A stretch of DNA of 64,000 nucleotides, taken from assembly GCA_000934665.2 (NCBI GenBank), contig JYFJ02004750.1, positions 1 to 64,000 on the forward strand, in the 5' to 3' direction. The notes beneath the pieces were generated by a model. That model was not told the DNA's origin and ran no database searches. It saw nothing but the letters and a program-made list of their open reading frames with translations. Shown in pieces: positions 42,801 to 55,285 of the stretch. Every line of letters begins with the position of its first letter. Position 1 is the stretch's first letter. A program made the translations under genes and the position numbers. The DNA is from Catajapyx aquilonaris. Lineage: Eukaryota.

Positions 42801-45800
42801 ACTAAATAATGGATTTGTGAGAGCTTTTTGCTGTCCTCCTGGGAATACATTTCATTTGTCCAAGAAAGCCTTCATTTTTGCGCAAGTGGACCTCAGGGAC
42901 TTAGATGATAGAGATTAAAAGAGATTGGGCTGCTCCGCTCCGCCGAATGGACTCGCTCCGCCCTGATTTATTTATAAAGTTTTGTGTTTTTTAGGCAAAG
43001 GAATTTTATGGACTGGAATGCCATCCTCCATAATGGGCTCGCTCTCAGGCACGCGCAGATCGATCAAGGAGCAAAAGATTAATTTTTTCCCCCTCCCCTC
43101 CCACCCCCCTTTTTTCCCTCCCTTCTCTATTTTTTACCCATCCGGCCAGGAGAATACACTCGGGTCTCCCCAAATTACAAATGCAGTTGTAACTTGCTTC
43201 TTCCGCACGTTTTACACGCCGAATGTACGGGTAGAGTGCATGTGTGCGTACGTGTGTGTTTGTGCACACCTATAAAGCCCAGCTTGATGGACCCAGGCCC
43301 ATTTTGTCTTCCACTCTCATATGCACTCCGCATCATCTCTGCTCAAACTCACTTTTTTTTATCCTCCTCCCTTCCTTCCGACTTTTCCATTTCACTTTAC
43401 TTATTTATCTCCTACTTTGTGACTCTCTCCTGTATGCCCAGCCATCTTTCTTCATCCCGCACTACCTGTCGTCAAACAAGCCAAACCTTGCCTTCAAATG
43501 TAAATCTGCCATTCGCAAAAAAAAATGCTGTCATTGACAGGAATCCAAATAAGAGTGGTCATTCCTTAGCCCGTTTCATGTTGACGTTTCAAATACCTTT
43601 CGAGAAGAAGCCACTTATTTTGGCGCCCAATGTAAACAAGCTTAGATTGCCATTTCAGGTATGTCTCCACGGTGGCTATGTACGGCCATCATGCAGTATT
43701 ATGCCGATGAGTTCACGACCTATGTCCGACTACCAATATAAAAAAAAGAGGAGGGGCCTACATTGAACCCTAAACTTGTAAAATGCAGTCGGAATGAAGA
43801 AGACAATTGGAGATATAAAAAAAGAGAGGGGGGGAAAAAAAGTTGGCGAACCCCCATCGTAATGTCCCTTTTCTCTTCTTCATCATCTGGAATTTCTCCT
43901 TTTCTCCTTTTTTTTTCTTTCCATTAAGTTGGGTTGGGGATGAAATGTTCCCCGGGCGGTTGGTTACCCACTTGGAATTCCGCAGCCGGAAGCGCCATTC
44001 TTCTAAATGTTGCTAAAATATTCATGTCCGGCAGGGTAAAATGTGGCCCTCCCCCCCAACACCCCCAACCCACCCTAACCTACTCACCCACCCTCCACCA
44101 ACTCCTAAAGATCATTTTGCACTAAGCACTCCAAAGGGATCACTATCTTTCCCACCACCCAACCACCCACATCCTCTCTCTCTCTCTCTCTCTCTCTTAC
44201 TACACTTTCTTAATAGTGGTCCAAAAAGCAATTTCGGACCACTCTCGAATAAAGCCACATGAGCAATCCCACTCCCCCGAAAACATCAATTTCAAAGTCA
44301 GAATAATTTTGCCAGGGTTGTTCCTCAAACAACCACCGACCTTGACTTTTTTCTCTCTTTTTTTTCCAAAAAATTTTAACGTCTTTGAACGTCTCCGCTT
44401 CGGATCTCAAAATCACCGAACATTCTCGCATCCAGTAGCAACTTCCCATCGACTAGGAGCACAAGTGCTATCGTTTAGACTTCAGAGGATGTGAAAGGTG
44501 ATCGGTAATTAATTAGGCGTGAGTGATGTTGAGCAAGAATAATCCTAGGGGACTACCTAAAACAAGGAGAGAACGTATAGGAAAGCCGGATCGTGCACGT
44601 ACTTCAAAGTACCACCGCTCGAGTGCAGCACTACAGAGACAAAGGATCGCAATAGGCACAAAAAATGTAACTGTCCCATGTATGTGTTGCCAATGTCACA
44701 AAATCCGGATCTGTAAGTCGTTCATATTTGGTCAACTTTCTGCAGTCAGCGATTTAAAAAAAAAAAAAAAAACTTCAGTCGACTTGGACGAAATAGCTGC
44801 AACGGTCCTCGTCTCTCATTCACATCATGTACCCGAATCTCAATATTGCATCGATCTGTGCCTGGAATCGCTCTCACCGACTCGTTTTCACCAGCTTCCC
44901 TCCATTTCTCTCTATTTTCATTTACTCCAAAAGGGACTCCAGGCTCTCACGCGCATTATGTTCGGAGTCGGCTGAAGACTGCGGTGTTGTTTACAGAAGC
45001 ATTTTAACAAGGAACCACCTGCCTTATGTAAGAAATGATGAGCGCCTTGCAGATTGCCTCAATTCTCGCTCAAGACTTACCTGAACCTAGGTGCATCTGA
45101 GAATAAAATTATCCACATGCACATAATGTATTCAGCCTTGTATAATAGTAGCCAACTGACGTCACATTACTGTTGAAAGTCACTGTTGCCTATATTGTGA
45201 CGTCTCGTCGGTACTATTCTAAGGCTGAATACAACACTGTACCCGTAGAGTCACAGAAATACTGGAAAGACTTCACATATGCAGTACATAGCTGTTGAAC
45301 AAAAAGACATTATTATACAGTTTCTATAACCATCAGAATAAATTAGCAAACATAGCATTTAATTGCACTTCACAAAAGCTCCACAAAATAAAATTACATA
45401 ACATGCATAATAAAGCTAGTAGAACAGCCCTTTAAAAAATCATTTGAAAGAATGTAAATGAAATGTGTTTCTGACCTTTGTCAAGTCCAATGTAAAGATA
45501 GCAGCACTGGTCCTGTAAGAAAACAAGGAAAGGGCTTATTGGAATCCAAAAACGAGCACTTCTTATTACATTTTCATTTGTGTAAATAAAGAAGAGGAGT
45601 AATGAGGAGGGTAACTCTCTCCCTCCACCCTCCTTTTCCCTTGGCTCCTCCCCTTTGAGGCTCCGCAGAAAAGAGCCTAATTTCCTTTCTGGGTAGGAAT
45701 GCATTCCACAGAGGAAGTGTTGGCTTTGCCCATATTTCCAGCCCTGTCAGTCAACCTTTACAAAATCAGTTTCTATCTTTCGGCTGCATCTTTTCCCTCC

Positions 45801-46119
45801 TCCTTGTTTTAATTTTTTCCACCCAAAACCAAGACAATCACTTCAGACTTAATTTTCTGCTACATACATCCACACTCCTTCATTCCATTCACCTTTAATG
45901 AAATCTCTAAAGAAGAAAGCAAACAAACTTTACTGGTTGTTGTTAAGCCTGCACATGTAATCAGATCAAAATACAATTTCATTTTGGCAATCTAACTTTT
46001 GCAAGAACTGCAGCGGTACATGTATTGTGGTTTGTGTTCAAACAGTAAGAACTTGTGTAACAAGTGGCAATGTCATCAGAAATGAAGACACCCAAGGAGA
46101 CATAGCATGTGGTCCTTAA

Positions 46120-46667
46120 CTCCTTCGCTACCAGCTAGGCCAAAAATGCCTAAATTTTGGCTTATGCCTACTCTGAAGATAAAGACAAGATATTTTACAA
46201 ATAATAATAGCTATATTTAACCATTCATGGAAAACACTATTAATGTGTTGCGAACAATTTTACTCCTCTAGAAGTCACTAAATTAATTTCCATAAAGACC
46301 ACCTTAAAAACTCGAAAACTGTTGGCCAACTGTTAGGCTGATTTAATTATGAAATAAGCTAAGAATATCAGAAGCAACAACCCTGAGAATCGTGCCAGAC
46401 TAATTTGCTGAAATCGTATATTTTAGCATATTTCATAATTAAATAAGCCTAACAGTTAACCAGTTGTAATCGAATTTCGAGTTTTTAAGGCAGTCTTTTT
46501 GGAAATTAATTGAGCAAAATTGTTCACAACACATTGAGTGTTTTCCATGAATGGGTAAATACGGGTAAATATAGCTGTTATTATTGTAAAATAGCTTGTT
46601 TTTATATTCAGAGTAGGCGTTACAAGCTAAAATCTATGCGCTTTCGGCCTAGCTCGTAGTGAAGGGG
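46120..46667. mobile_element. piggyBac-type TTAA MITE, older diverged relative of 58062-58860
   Basis: TTAA at 46116-46119 and 46668-46671; termini CTCCTTCGCTAC / GTAGTGAAGGGG; long degenerate inverted arms. Shares blocks TTAGGCTGATTTAATTATGAAAT, TCTAGAAGTC.CTAAATTAATTTCCA and GCCAGAC.AATTTGCTGAAATCGT with the 58-kb element. Confidence 0.85.
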
Positions 46668-47919
46668 TTAATGCATGTCTATTTGTATGAATATTTTTAA
46701 CAAAAATTTGTATGTTTTTTGAATAATTACGACATGATTGCAACTAATTATTAGAAATACACTGCCTATATAATATAGTGATGGTTAGTTCCAATAACTG
46801 CTGGAATCCCAATTATGACCATACGTGCAGCACAAAAAACTGATCCTTTCCTGTGCAAAGCATTACCTGTAGTAAAAATTATCATTCATTTCACCATAAC
46901 GAGGTCATATTAGCAGGAAGCATCCATTCTAAATTAACTGTTGCATTACAGTCTCTTTCCTGGAGAAATGAAGTGGCATTGCAGCAATATAGACAATCCA
47001 TGAGTGGCAGTTATAGACTTGCCCAGCTTTCAATTCATATGGAGTTGGAGCTTCCCCAGATTTATCTCAGGTGGGACTTTCGTCTGGGAAACCATCTGGG
47101 GGGAATTAATTTTATAAAATTATTCTTGTGTAACTGACAGTTGACCCTGAATGACCATGGTCCCCTCCAGGTGATTTTACTCTTGACTTCAGAGCGTAGG
47201 AAACAATTGGACAGGGTGCAGACATATATGCAGTATGGTGTGCAGGGCGGGAGCCCATGATACAGACACTGCACCATATCCTTCCTCCTCCACAATCGAG
47301 TATAGAATTGTGAATGTCAGTTCAGTGATATGAAACTTTGACAGTACCAGTACAGTGAAACTTACCTATAGCCAAGTTGCACTATTCTGGTTTCTGTACT
47401 GATCTAGTTTTCTTGATATACAACAGAGATACGGTACATTGAAAATCTTGTGCCATGATCAGAAACAAGTTTTGTCTTGGTAAGTTTCACATGCATCCAG
47501 GATATGTTGCAGACATGACTACACAGAGTGGTCTAACAAGGTAGAAACGCTACTTATAAAAATGTGGCTTACATGGGTGATTCTAGTAGCCAGAAAGAAT
47601 AATTTGAGCCTCTTGTGTAAGTTGAAAGTACTGCTACTCTTTCCATTACCAATGCCATATTACATGTCCAACAACAGCAACAAAAAATGTCATTTTTCTT
47701 TCAACCACACACCTGGTTTTGGGCACACATTTCCAGCTAGAGGCACTTTTTAAGGCAGTCATAACTGAGGCCAATCACAATGGATTTTTTTTTCATCATT
47801 GTCAGTTTTAGGTTGAAAAAGTATACATCTACTTATAGATCTGAAAGTTGAATTTTGCCATAACAACGTGGGGTGCGGGATCGAAAGCAAACCCTGGATA
47901 AGTGGTCGCCCATTGTTAA

Positions 47920-48902
47920 GAGGAAACCCAGTCCGTGGCAGCCAAAAAAAGGAGTATCAGTTGACATTTTATTTCATGTCTGTGTGCGCTTGCTAATGTC
48001 ATGAAATTTTTTTGGGGTGCTCCTCAGTGTAGCTACCTGGATTACAGTTACTTAATTACGAAAATTTGCGAAGCAAAGTAGTGAAAATGAATCGCGAAGT
48101 TAGGTGTTGAAATTGTGCGCTTTTCCATTCCATCTCGATAATGACCCATGAAGTATGTCCTTCATAAATGTGAATCCATGCGTTGCGATGGTGTGCAGGG
48201 CTTGACGTAGAAATTTAAAAAATTAGTGATACATTTTGGCTATTAAAAATTTAATAGACAAAATAACCAAAAAGAAATTTTGGTTATTAAATTTTTAATA
48301 GCCAAAATGTATCACTAATTTTTAAAATTTCTACGTCAAGCCCTGCACACCATCACAACGCATGGATTCACATTTATGAAGGACATACTTCACGGGTCAT
48401 TATCGAGATGAATGGAAAAGCGCACAATTTCGACACCTAACTTTGCAATTTATTTTCACTACTTTGCTTCGCAATTTTTCGTAATTAAGTAACTCAAATC
48501 CAGGTAGCTACTGAAGCAGTAGTGGTGTAGTGGATATGGTGTCCGACTGCTAATCGGGAGGTCTTGGGTTCGAATCTCGGAGGCCTGCGATCCTGACCTT
48601 GGTTTTCTGTGGTTTCCCAAGGTCGCCCCAGGAATAATTTCCAGGATCGTACCGTAAAATAGGCCACAGCCGCTTCCTTCCTTTCCCTTCCCTGGAGGAG
48701 GTGCGGGTCAGTGGGGGATTTCTGACTCGCATCTAGCCGGTCATCTTGGCGAACGGGCCCCCTGAGGGACTGCACACGACCCCCAACCTGAGACATTGCA
48801 CATGCACCAGTGTCCCCCCCTCCTATCCCTACCCTGTCCCTGCACAATAGTGGTAATCCACTCCCCTAAGAGAGCCCATGGCTCTAGCACGGGGTATATC
48901 TA

Positions 48903-48978
<76 letters not shown>

Positions 48979-49100
48979 CCAGGTAGCTACACTGAAGAGC
49001 ACCCCAAAAAATTTTCATGCTGTTAGCAAGCGCACAATGACATGAAATAAAATGTCAACTGATACTCCTTTTTTGGGTATACTGCAGACTGGGTTTCCTC
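47920..49100. mobile_element. Foldback MITE of about 700 bp (TTAA target, purine-purine termini; Kolobok-like), interrupted by a SINE
   Basis: Termini GAGGAAACCCAGTC / GACTGGGTTTCCTC flanked by TTAA (47916-47919) and TGAA (49101-49104). Arms of about 340 bp are reverse complements around a centre near 48270. The right arm is split by the SINE at 48512-48974. TTAA plus RR..YY termini fits Kolobok (inference). Confidence 0.85.
48512..48974 (+). mobile_element. tRNA-derived SINE (copy 2, longer variant) with (AAT)n tail
   Basis: Same head as copy 1 (A-box TGGTGTAGTGG, TCCGACTGCTAATCGGGA, B-box GGTTCGAATCT 48567-48577), same body and 3' stem-loop, long (AAT)n tail. Perfect 16-bp TSD AAATCCAGGTAGCTAC at 48496-48511 and 48975-48990. 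Confidence 0.95.
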
Positions 49101-49595
49101 TGAACTGTTTAGAATATTGTCACTAACAATTGCAGCGCTCAGAGAAAAAACGGCATATCCCAACCGGAGTTCATTTTGAGATAAACGGCTTTTTGTGTTG
49201 AAAGAGAATAGGATTTTCCATTGCGGACCAATTTTACAATTATTGGAATATGTGACTTCAGCACATGAAAGGTACAAGGAAGGTGAGTACAAAATCACTA
49301 CAATCTCAAAATCGGAGGTTGGTTGGGACCTACAGTACTTTGTTGAGGATCCATTCACTGCAGCAGTTTGTTGCATGTAACAAAAAATTAATATTTTCTT
49401 TCAAGACAATGATGGCAATGCAGTTTAGGGTTATTTCAAAGGCACTACTGCATCCACTTAAGTGAATCCCTCATGAATGTTGTTTATTGGTTTATTTGGA
49501 AGAAGCCAAAGCAACTCGGGCTATCTGGCTATGGAAGAAGCAAGGGTGGGACAGATGGAGAGAGAAACGATGAGGAAAAAAGAAGAGAGGAAAGA

Positions 49596-49734
49596 CTGGT
49601 ATCTCTCTTACGGGTCTGTCTCCTATCCCAAAGACCTGTCTGACTTGGGTGGCCCTACCAGTAGACGAAGCTACCTCCGGCATAGCTCTTGGGGTCGCGG
49701 GAGAATGCAAACCCCCACCACCACGATAAGGTGA
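49596..49734 (-). mobile_element. RTE-clade (Bov-B/Expander-like) 5'-UTR fragment or RTE-derived short element
   Basis: Minus strand reads CACCTTATCGTGGTGGTGGGGGTTTGC...GACCCCAAGAGCTATGCC...GGTAGGGCCACCCAAGTCAGACAGGTC. This matches, from memory, the conserved 5' motif series of RTE-BovB/Expander elements. Confidence 0.7.
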
Positions 49735-49770
49735 ACAATTTTTGATGTGGATACATCTTTAAAATCGGAT

Positions 49771-49861
49771 CAGGGGGCATGCAGGCAAACTCGAGCGTTA
49801 CAGAAAAGCGTTACAGTATATTATAACCGAGTCTGCTATAAGCGACGCCTGCATGCCCCTG
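49771..49861. mobile_element. Small hAT-like TIR remnant
   Basis: CAGGGGGCATGCAGGC ... GCCTGCATGCCCCTG inverted ends; no TSD found. Confidence 0.45.
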
Positions 49862-50683
49862 CCATTATAGTCAAGAAAAGTGAAACCCAATGTAGGTTGA
49901 GCCTGAAAAAGCTGCGTCTTGTGTCCCCGACACAACCTAATGTAATTTTTTGTTACACAAATGTTTCAAAAGCTTTACTTAGCATAATGCTGAAAGAACA
50001 CAATCTCATGAATCTCTTGTGTGGTATCAACTATTAACAATAGCATTTGACTTTGAATGCACCTCAGCTGCAACACAAAATGAAATTTACCATTTAAATT
50101 TTACAAAAGGTGCCCTTAATATTTGCATGAAAATGGTAAATTTCTGCGTAACCAAACACTCCATGGCACAGAAAGATGGAACTGAACACCCCCAATATCA
50201 GGCCTCTGAAGTAAAAAGAAGTCTGTAAATCCTGGCTGGTTTTGTGTATGGTATGTTAATCTGGTTCTCACAAAACAAATGCAAAGTGAGGAATAAAAGT
50301 CAGCAAACAATCTGCATGAAGTAAATAGAGTGTTAATATTTGAAAGAGCAGAGAAGCAATAATGGGCGCCTCACAATGCAGGAGCAAACACAAAATTTCA
50401 ATTGGCAACAATTTAGGTTCACTCTATGATGCACTTAGCTTGTGGAACAGCATGTAACCTAAATATTTGCAATTGAGTGGTGGGCAGAATGGAGGTTTGG
50501 TGACTCAACCCCTGAGGTGTCGATTGCAGGTTGAGACTACGTAATTTCTAACGAAGATTTTGATGTGTTCTGGGTTCATTGGATAATGTCCAGCTTCTCC
50601 CATTGCTGCCCACAGTCAAAATCTATTTGGGTGTAGGGCCTTAACCGACTGGGACACAAGTCTCTGACAGTCAAAATCTATCA

Positions 50684-52472
50684 AGGGTCTCCAAGGAAGA
50701 TCGAGAGGACATGGACGCAGCTAGAGCTGACGCTGGGGGAGTGGGGTCCGGGGGGCAGGGCTGCACTACAACTCCAGAGTCAGAGGGGCTCTTCCTCCCC
50801 TACCATCTGGCAGTCAGGGAACTGGTGGTGACCTTCCAGGGGGAGCGGGTGACTTTGGGCAGGACTGTCAGAGTCCTGGGCCTCCATCTAGATCCCCACT
50901 TGACCTGGGTCTTGCTGGCATAGTGACAGACAAGGTACGGGGGCTGGCAGCTAGGATTTGGAGAGTGGCAGGGCTCAATAGGAGGCACCTGGTGTTGTGG
51001 GAAGCCATTCTGCCAATGTTGCTGTTCGGATCAGAGATGTGGGGACAAGCCACCAAAGGCCCATCCAGTCCAACCTTCAGGTTCTCCTGGCAACTACGAG
51101 AACATACAGGATGACTCCCAATGCTCTGCTGAATGTGTTAGCTGATTGCACGCCTCCAGACTTCCAGGCTTGGACCAGATATGAAGCCCACTAGGCTTCC
51201 AGGTGCAGGAGGCCGAGGGGACATCAGTATAGTTCCCCCCTGCCAGGAGCAGCTGGACATCGGGGTGTGGACCAAGTCTCCGACCAGGGGGGGGTGTACT
51301 GATCTTCTCCGATGGGTCCATAAAGAGGGGCTGCAAAATTGGTGGGGCCATGGTGAGCATCAGTGGGAGGGGCGAGGAGTTGTTCGTGAAATGTATCTCG
51401 TTCCTGCCAACACCAGGGATCTACGAAGTGGAGCTGCACATGATGGGGAGGGCCATAAAGGCATTGGCGTCAATGCACCTTATCGGGATAGAAAGGCGTG
51501 GATAGCATCCAATTCCATGTTGGAACTACAGACAGTGGCCAGCTGCAGAACTTACTCGATGGTGGCGCCCAGGACATGGGGGTTCCACAGAACATTCCGG
51601 CGGCAGTATCACTTTGCTGGGTTAAGGTGCATGTTGGGGTACCTGGGAACAAGTGGGCCGACAGCAAGGCGAGACGGGCAGCAAATCTGGCGGTGGGCTG
51701 GGCCTTCCTGCTGGCGACTGAAGCAGCCATGGTCAGATGTTCTCAACTACAGTCCTTGATGAGCTGGCAGACGAAGTGGGATGCAGCCAGGGGCAAGTGG
51801 TACCACACCTTCCTCCCAGGAGTGAAGAACAGGTTCGGCACATGCATGAGCATGTAGCCCGGATCGCTTCAGATGGAGAGTGGGGAGCAAGGAGGTAGCT
51901 AGATGTCCATATGGCCAGGGATGACTGGATGCAGCCCATGTGGTGTTGCATTGCACTATCCCGGAGGTGCTGTGGGTCAAGAGTCCATTTAGGAGAGCAG
52001 TGGTCTCCAGGGGCCTTGGCTGGCAGTGCTCCAGGATCGCTGTCACGACGGATCTCCAGCTGGACTTAAATTCATTCTGTTTAGCAGTGGATAGGGTCTT
52101 AGCAGAGTTAAACAGGTAGTAATCTTGCTTCACTGACATGGCTCTCTTGCCTTGGTTTGTCTTGCGCATTTAGATAAGTTACATTTGTTGCTAGAGTAAA
52201 CAGATTCAGTAGACCCATACGCATATCAATGCTGATTTTAAACTAGATATGTTCTTATTTACTTGGATGTTATTAGGGAATAACTCACATTGGTATATAA
52301 ATCGTTCCACACTGTTTGTAATAGGACCTAGGACTCACATTGTAAACCTGACTTCCTGTGACATTTTGTTTCATTCGGTTTGTACCATTGTGAATAAAGA
52401 GTAGGGGGAATGGATGATGAGTTGGGTAGAGGGCCTTCATAGGCTAAATTACCCTAATCTGACATGAGCATT
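50684..52472 (+). mobile_element. 5'-truncated, frameshifted non-LTR retrotransposon (R1/LOA-like, with RNase H)
   Basis: Broken ORF pieces: RT C-terminus (VRVLGLHLDPHLTW; ILPMLLFGSEMWG), RNase H C-terminus (CWVKVHVGVPGNKWADSKAR) and post-RNase H segment (WQTKWD..RGKWYHTFLP). AATAAA at 52393. 15-bp TSD AGTCAAAATCTATCA at 50669-50683 and 52473-52487. Confidence 0.85.
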
Positions 52473-54744
52473 AGTCAAAATCTATCAGAAACATAAGTAA
52501 GTCTATAAAAGATGCCCTAAAAGAACACAGCCATTAAATTATTATTAGCTACTGTGCCAACCACATTTACTTGATGCACACAAAGTCTGAGAGTTCAAAT
52601 CCTTTGAACAAATTGTAATTTAATGACAACATACAATGCTGAATAATAACCTAAAAAAACTCCCTTCTGACAGATAATTACAGACTATGCAGGTTGCAGT
52701 TAGTTGCATTGTGCAGCTACTTTCAGTCTGCTGAATATTCTGACCTCACAAAATTGCAATCCTGCAACCAAAGGGTACTGTCATCCTAATAATGTGTGCA
52801 TACTTGTCCAATGTTGAAAGCAATTGTTGTCATTGGGACGTCAGTACCCTTCTCTGGCCGCAGCACGTCTAGGTTCACGTTAAACCCCGCCACGTGCGTC
52901 CTGCAGGCCAGCATTACAACCATCAAAAATAATTGCCTTGTGTCACCCCATAAAGACTCGCCGCACCAGACCAAGCCTGGTTCCGTTACGTCCAAACCAG
53001 GCAGCTGGTGGGTCCGACTGTGTGGCGCCCACCTAGGCAAGCCTTACCCAGACAAGTCCGGCGCGTCGAGCTGTCGCCTCCAGAGATCCAGTCCACGAGA
53101 AGACCGCTCCAAAACGAAACCGGTCTCAGCGAGGACCCATGCGCCAACCGGCCATCGCTCACATCCACAGCCCCTACTCCACTCGGAACAGTTCTGACCC
53201 ACACACAACAACACCACGCGCTTTATCAATCCAAGTCGGTGCCAGTCTCTACAAAACCGACACTAATGTTCTCGTACAATTGGGCAGTAGAAAAGTTAAG
53301 CGCTGATTCACGGATGCCTGCAAAGGAGTAAAAACCGTGAGGCGGCCATGACTGTTCAGCAGATGCAGAAAGGCCAACCGAATGCGGCTGGAGCTTCGCA
53401 ATGAAACCGCTTCGTAACAGACGGCGCCATATGCTGATGTCCTGCGAAACTGCAGCTCGTACTTTTTCCCTAATTTTCTTTTTTGGCGAAAATTCGATGT
53501 CGAAGCTTGACTTTTTTTTATGGGTGCATGTTCAGGGAATGACACGGCAGAAAAATGCACATTGCAGAGGCAGACGTGCCACTGTAACAATGTGCAAAAA
53601 TCTGCGAGCCATGGGGAAAACCTCATGGGCACTCCTGACAATTGGGCCAATATATCAAACCATAACACTGTAACAGTCATTGTCTTGCTGCTTACCCAGC
53701 ATCTAGTTCTACTCACTAACATATTGCAGCAAATTATTTGCTGGCCCCACAGCAATGCCAGGCTTGTATGTAGCTTGAACATCACCACCATCAGCGAGTT
53801 TATGCAGCCAATCAGTAACAATTGGATACCGGTACTGGTGGCACATGAAACATACTTACATCAACTTATGCCAAGAAGGGCTCTGAGGAAATTGCAATAT
53901 ACCGGTAGTTAGTTGTTGCTACAGAGCATGCAGATGCACATGCACTTGCCTTTATGTGTCAGGCAATTCAAGCTGATGCACACCCATATGATGCAAATAC
54001 CTCTTCCTCCCCAGGTCAAGGGTGGTCTCCAGTAACCCCTATTAGTGTTGAAACCTGGAGAAAAATGTAGCAGGTGAGAGACCTGCAAGTGATTGGTAAT
54101 GGGGAAGTCTCATAAGGATAACATTATGGGCTGTGACTAATTTCATTATAAATGAAATGTACGTAAATTCTGGAAGGTTCCAAGCATTTTCTGTGGCCAT
54201 TTCAAGCCCAGGAAAAATGGAAAAATCTCTTTCACTTGAAAATTTAATACACAAAATAGTATACTTCAGTTCCAATCATAATTCCAAGGGTTGCATCAAT
54301 AAATAATACTCGATGACATCATGACGCTCGAGCACCAGACTTGTAAGACGACAACTTTGGTTGAGGTGGGCTTGGAGAGCAAGTGTCTTGTAGTGTTCAT
54401 ACTGTTTGGTAGATGTTGGCTGATGGATGCTATCCAGTTGTAAATAAATAGGACGTCACTCTTCTGACATCCTGAAGGGTTCTGCCTGTCACAACTGCAT
54501 ACCACATGTTTCATGAATGGATTCACACCTGTATCGGAAGGACAAACAAAAATAATTTCTCACTAATCACAATAATATATTTTCAGCCAGGATATTATTA
54601 ATAATAATATTGCATGATCTGTAGTTGTTGTTTACTTAAATATTTAGCTCCCCAACTGTGAAATCAGGTTTGGAAATCATAAATTTGAAGTTTGTCAAAC
54701 TCCAATTGGTACCAGAAGGCATGGGGATTTTTTTACTATTAATA

Positions 54745-55285
54745 CAGGGTGATCCAACTCTATGGCACCAGTAGTTATTGAAAAAATCGCGCAAGCGGCT
54801 TGTTTATAAGCAAGTCGTTGCTAAGAGATGCTTTCTGGCTCTTTCTGGAGAATCGGGAATAGCACCTGCTGATATTAGGTCCAATGGCCATGTAACAATA
54901 ATATTTTATTTGCTGGTAACTAAACAACGCTGCCTGTTGACCTGTCTCAGTTTTGCCAACTGCGGCCAACAATGAACAGACCAGAAGGCCTATTTATTGA
55001 CACACCCGAGTCTGTCCAGTTCCGACGGATTGGGCCTGTGGTTTGGCAGCTAGTGACCTCATGTGAAACCCTCCAGCGAACACCAGAACAGGCCTGGTTC
55101 CCACGGATGACCCTTTTTTCCCTCATTAATATTGTTACATGGGCATTGGACCTAATATCAGCAGGTGCTATTCCCGATTCTCCAGAAAGTAACTCTTATT
55201 GATCTCTTAGCAACGACCTGCTTATAAACAAGCAGCTTGTTGATTTTTCCAATAACTGTTGGTGCCACAGAGTTGGATCACCCTG
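54745..55285. mobile_element. Tc1/mariner-type MITE
   Basis: TA TSD (54743-54744, 55286-55287), termini CAGGGTGATCCAACTCT / AGAGTTGGATCACCCTG, imperfect inverted arms of about 155 bp. Confidence 0.9.

Noticed and set aside
46105..46119. Shared GCATGTGGT upstream of both TTAA MITE insertions (also at 58050)
   Set aside because: Only two sites, with different spacing to TTAA; insufficient for an extended target preference.
54015..54073. Plus-strand exon (CCCCAG| ... CAG|GTGAGA)
   Set aside because: Stops in all three frames and no partner exons; shows that isolated splice-like words arise by chance.
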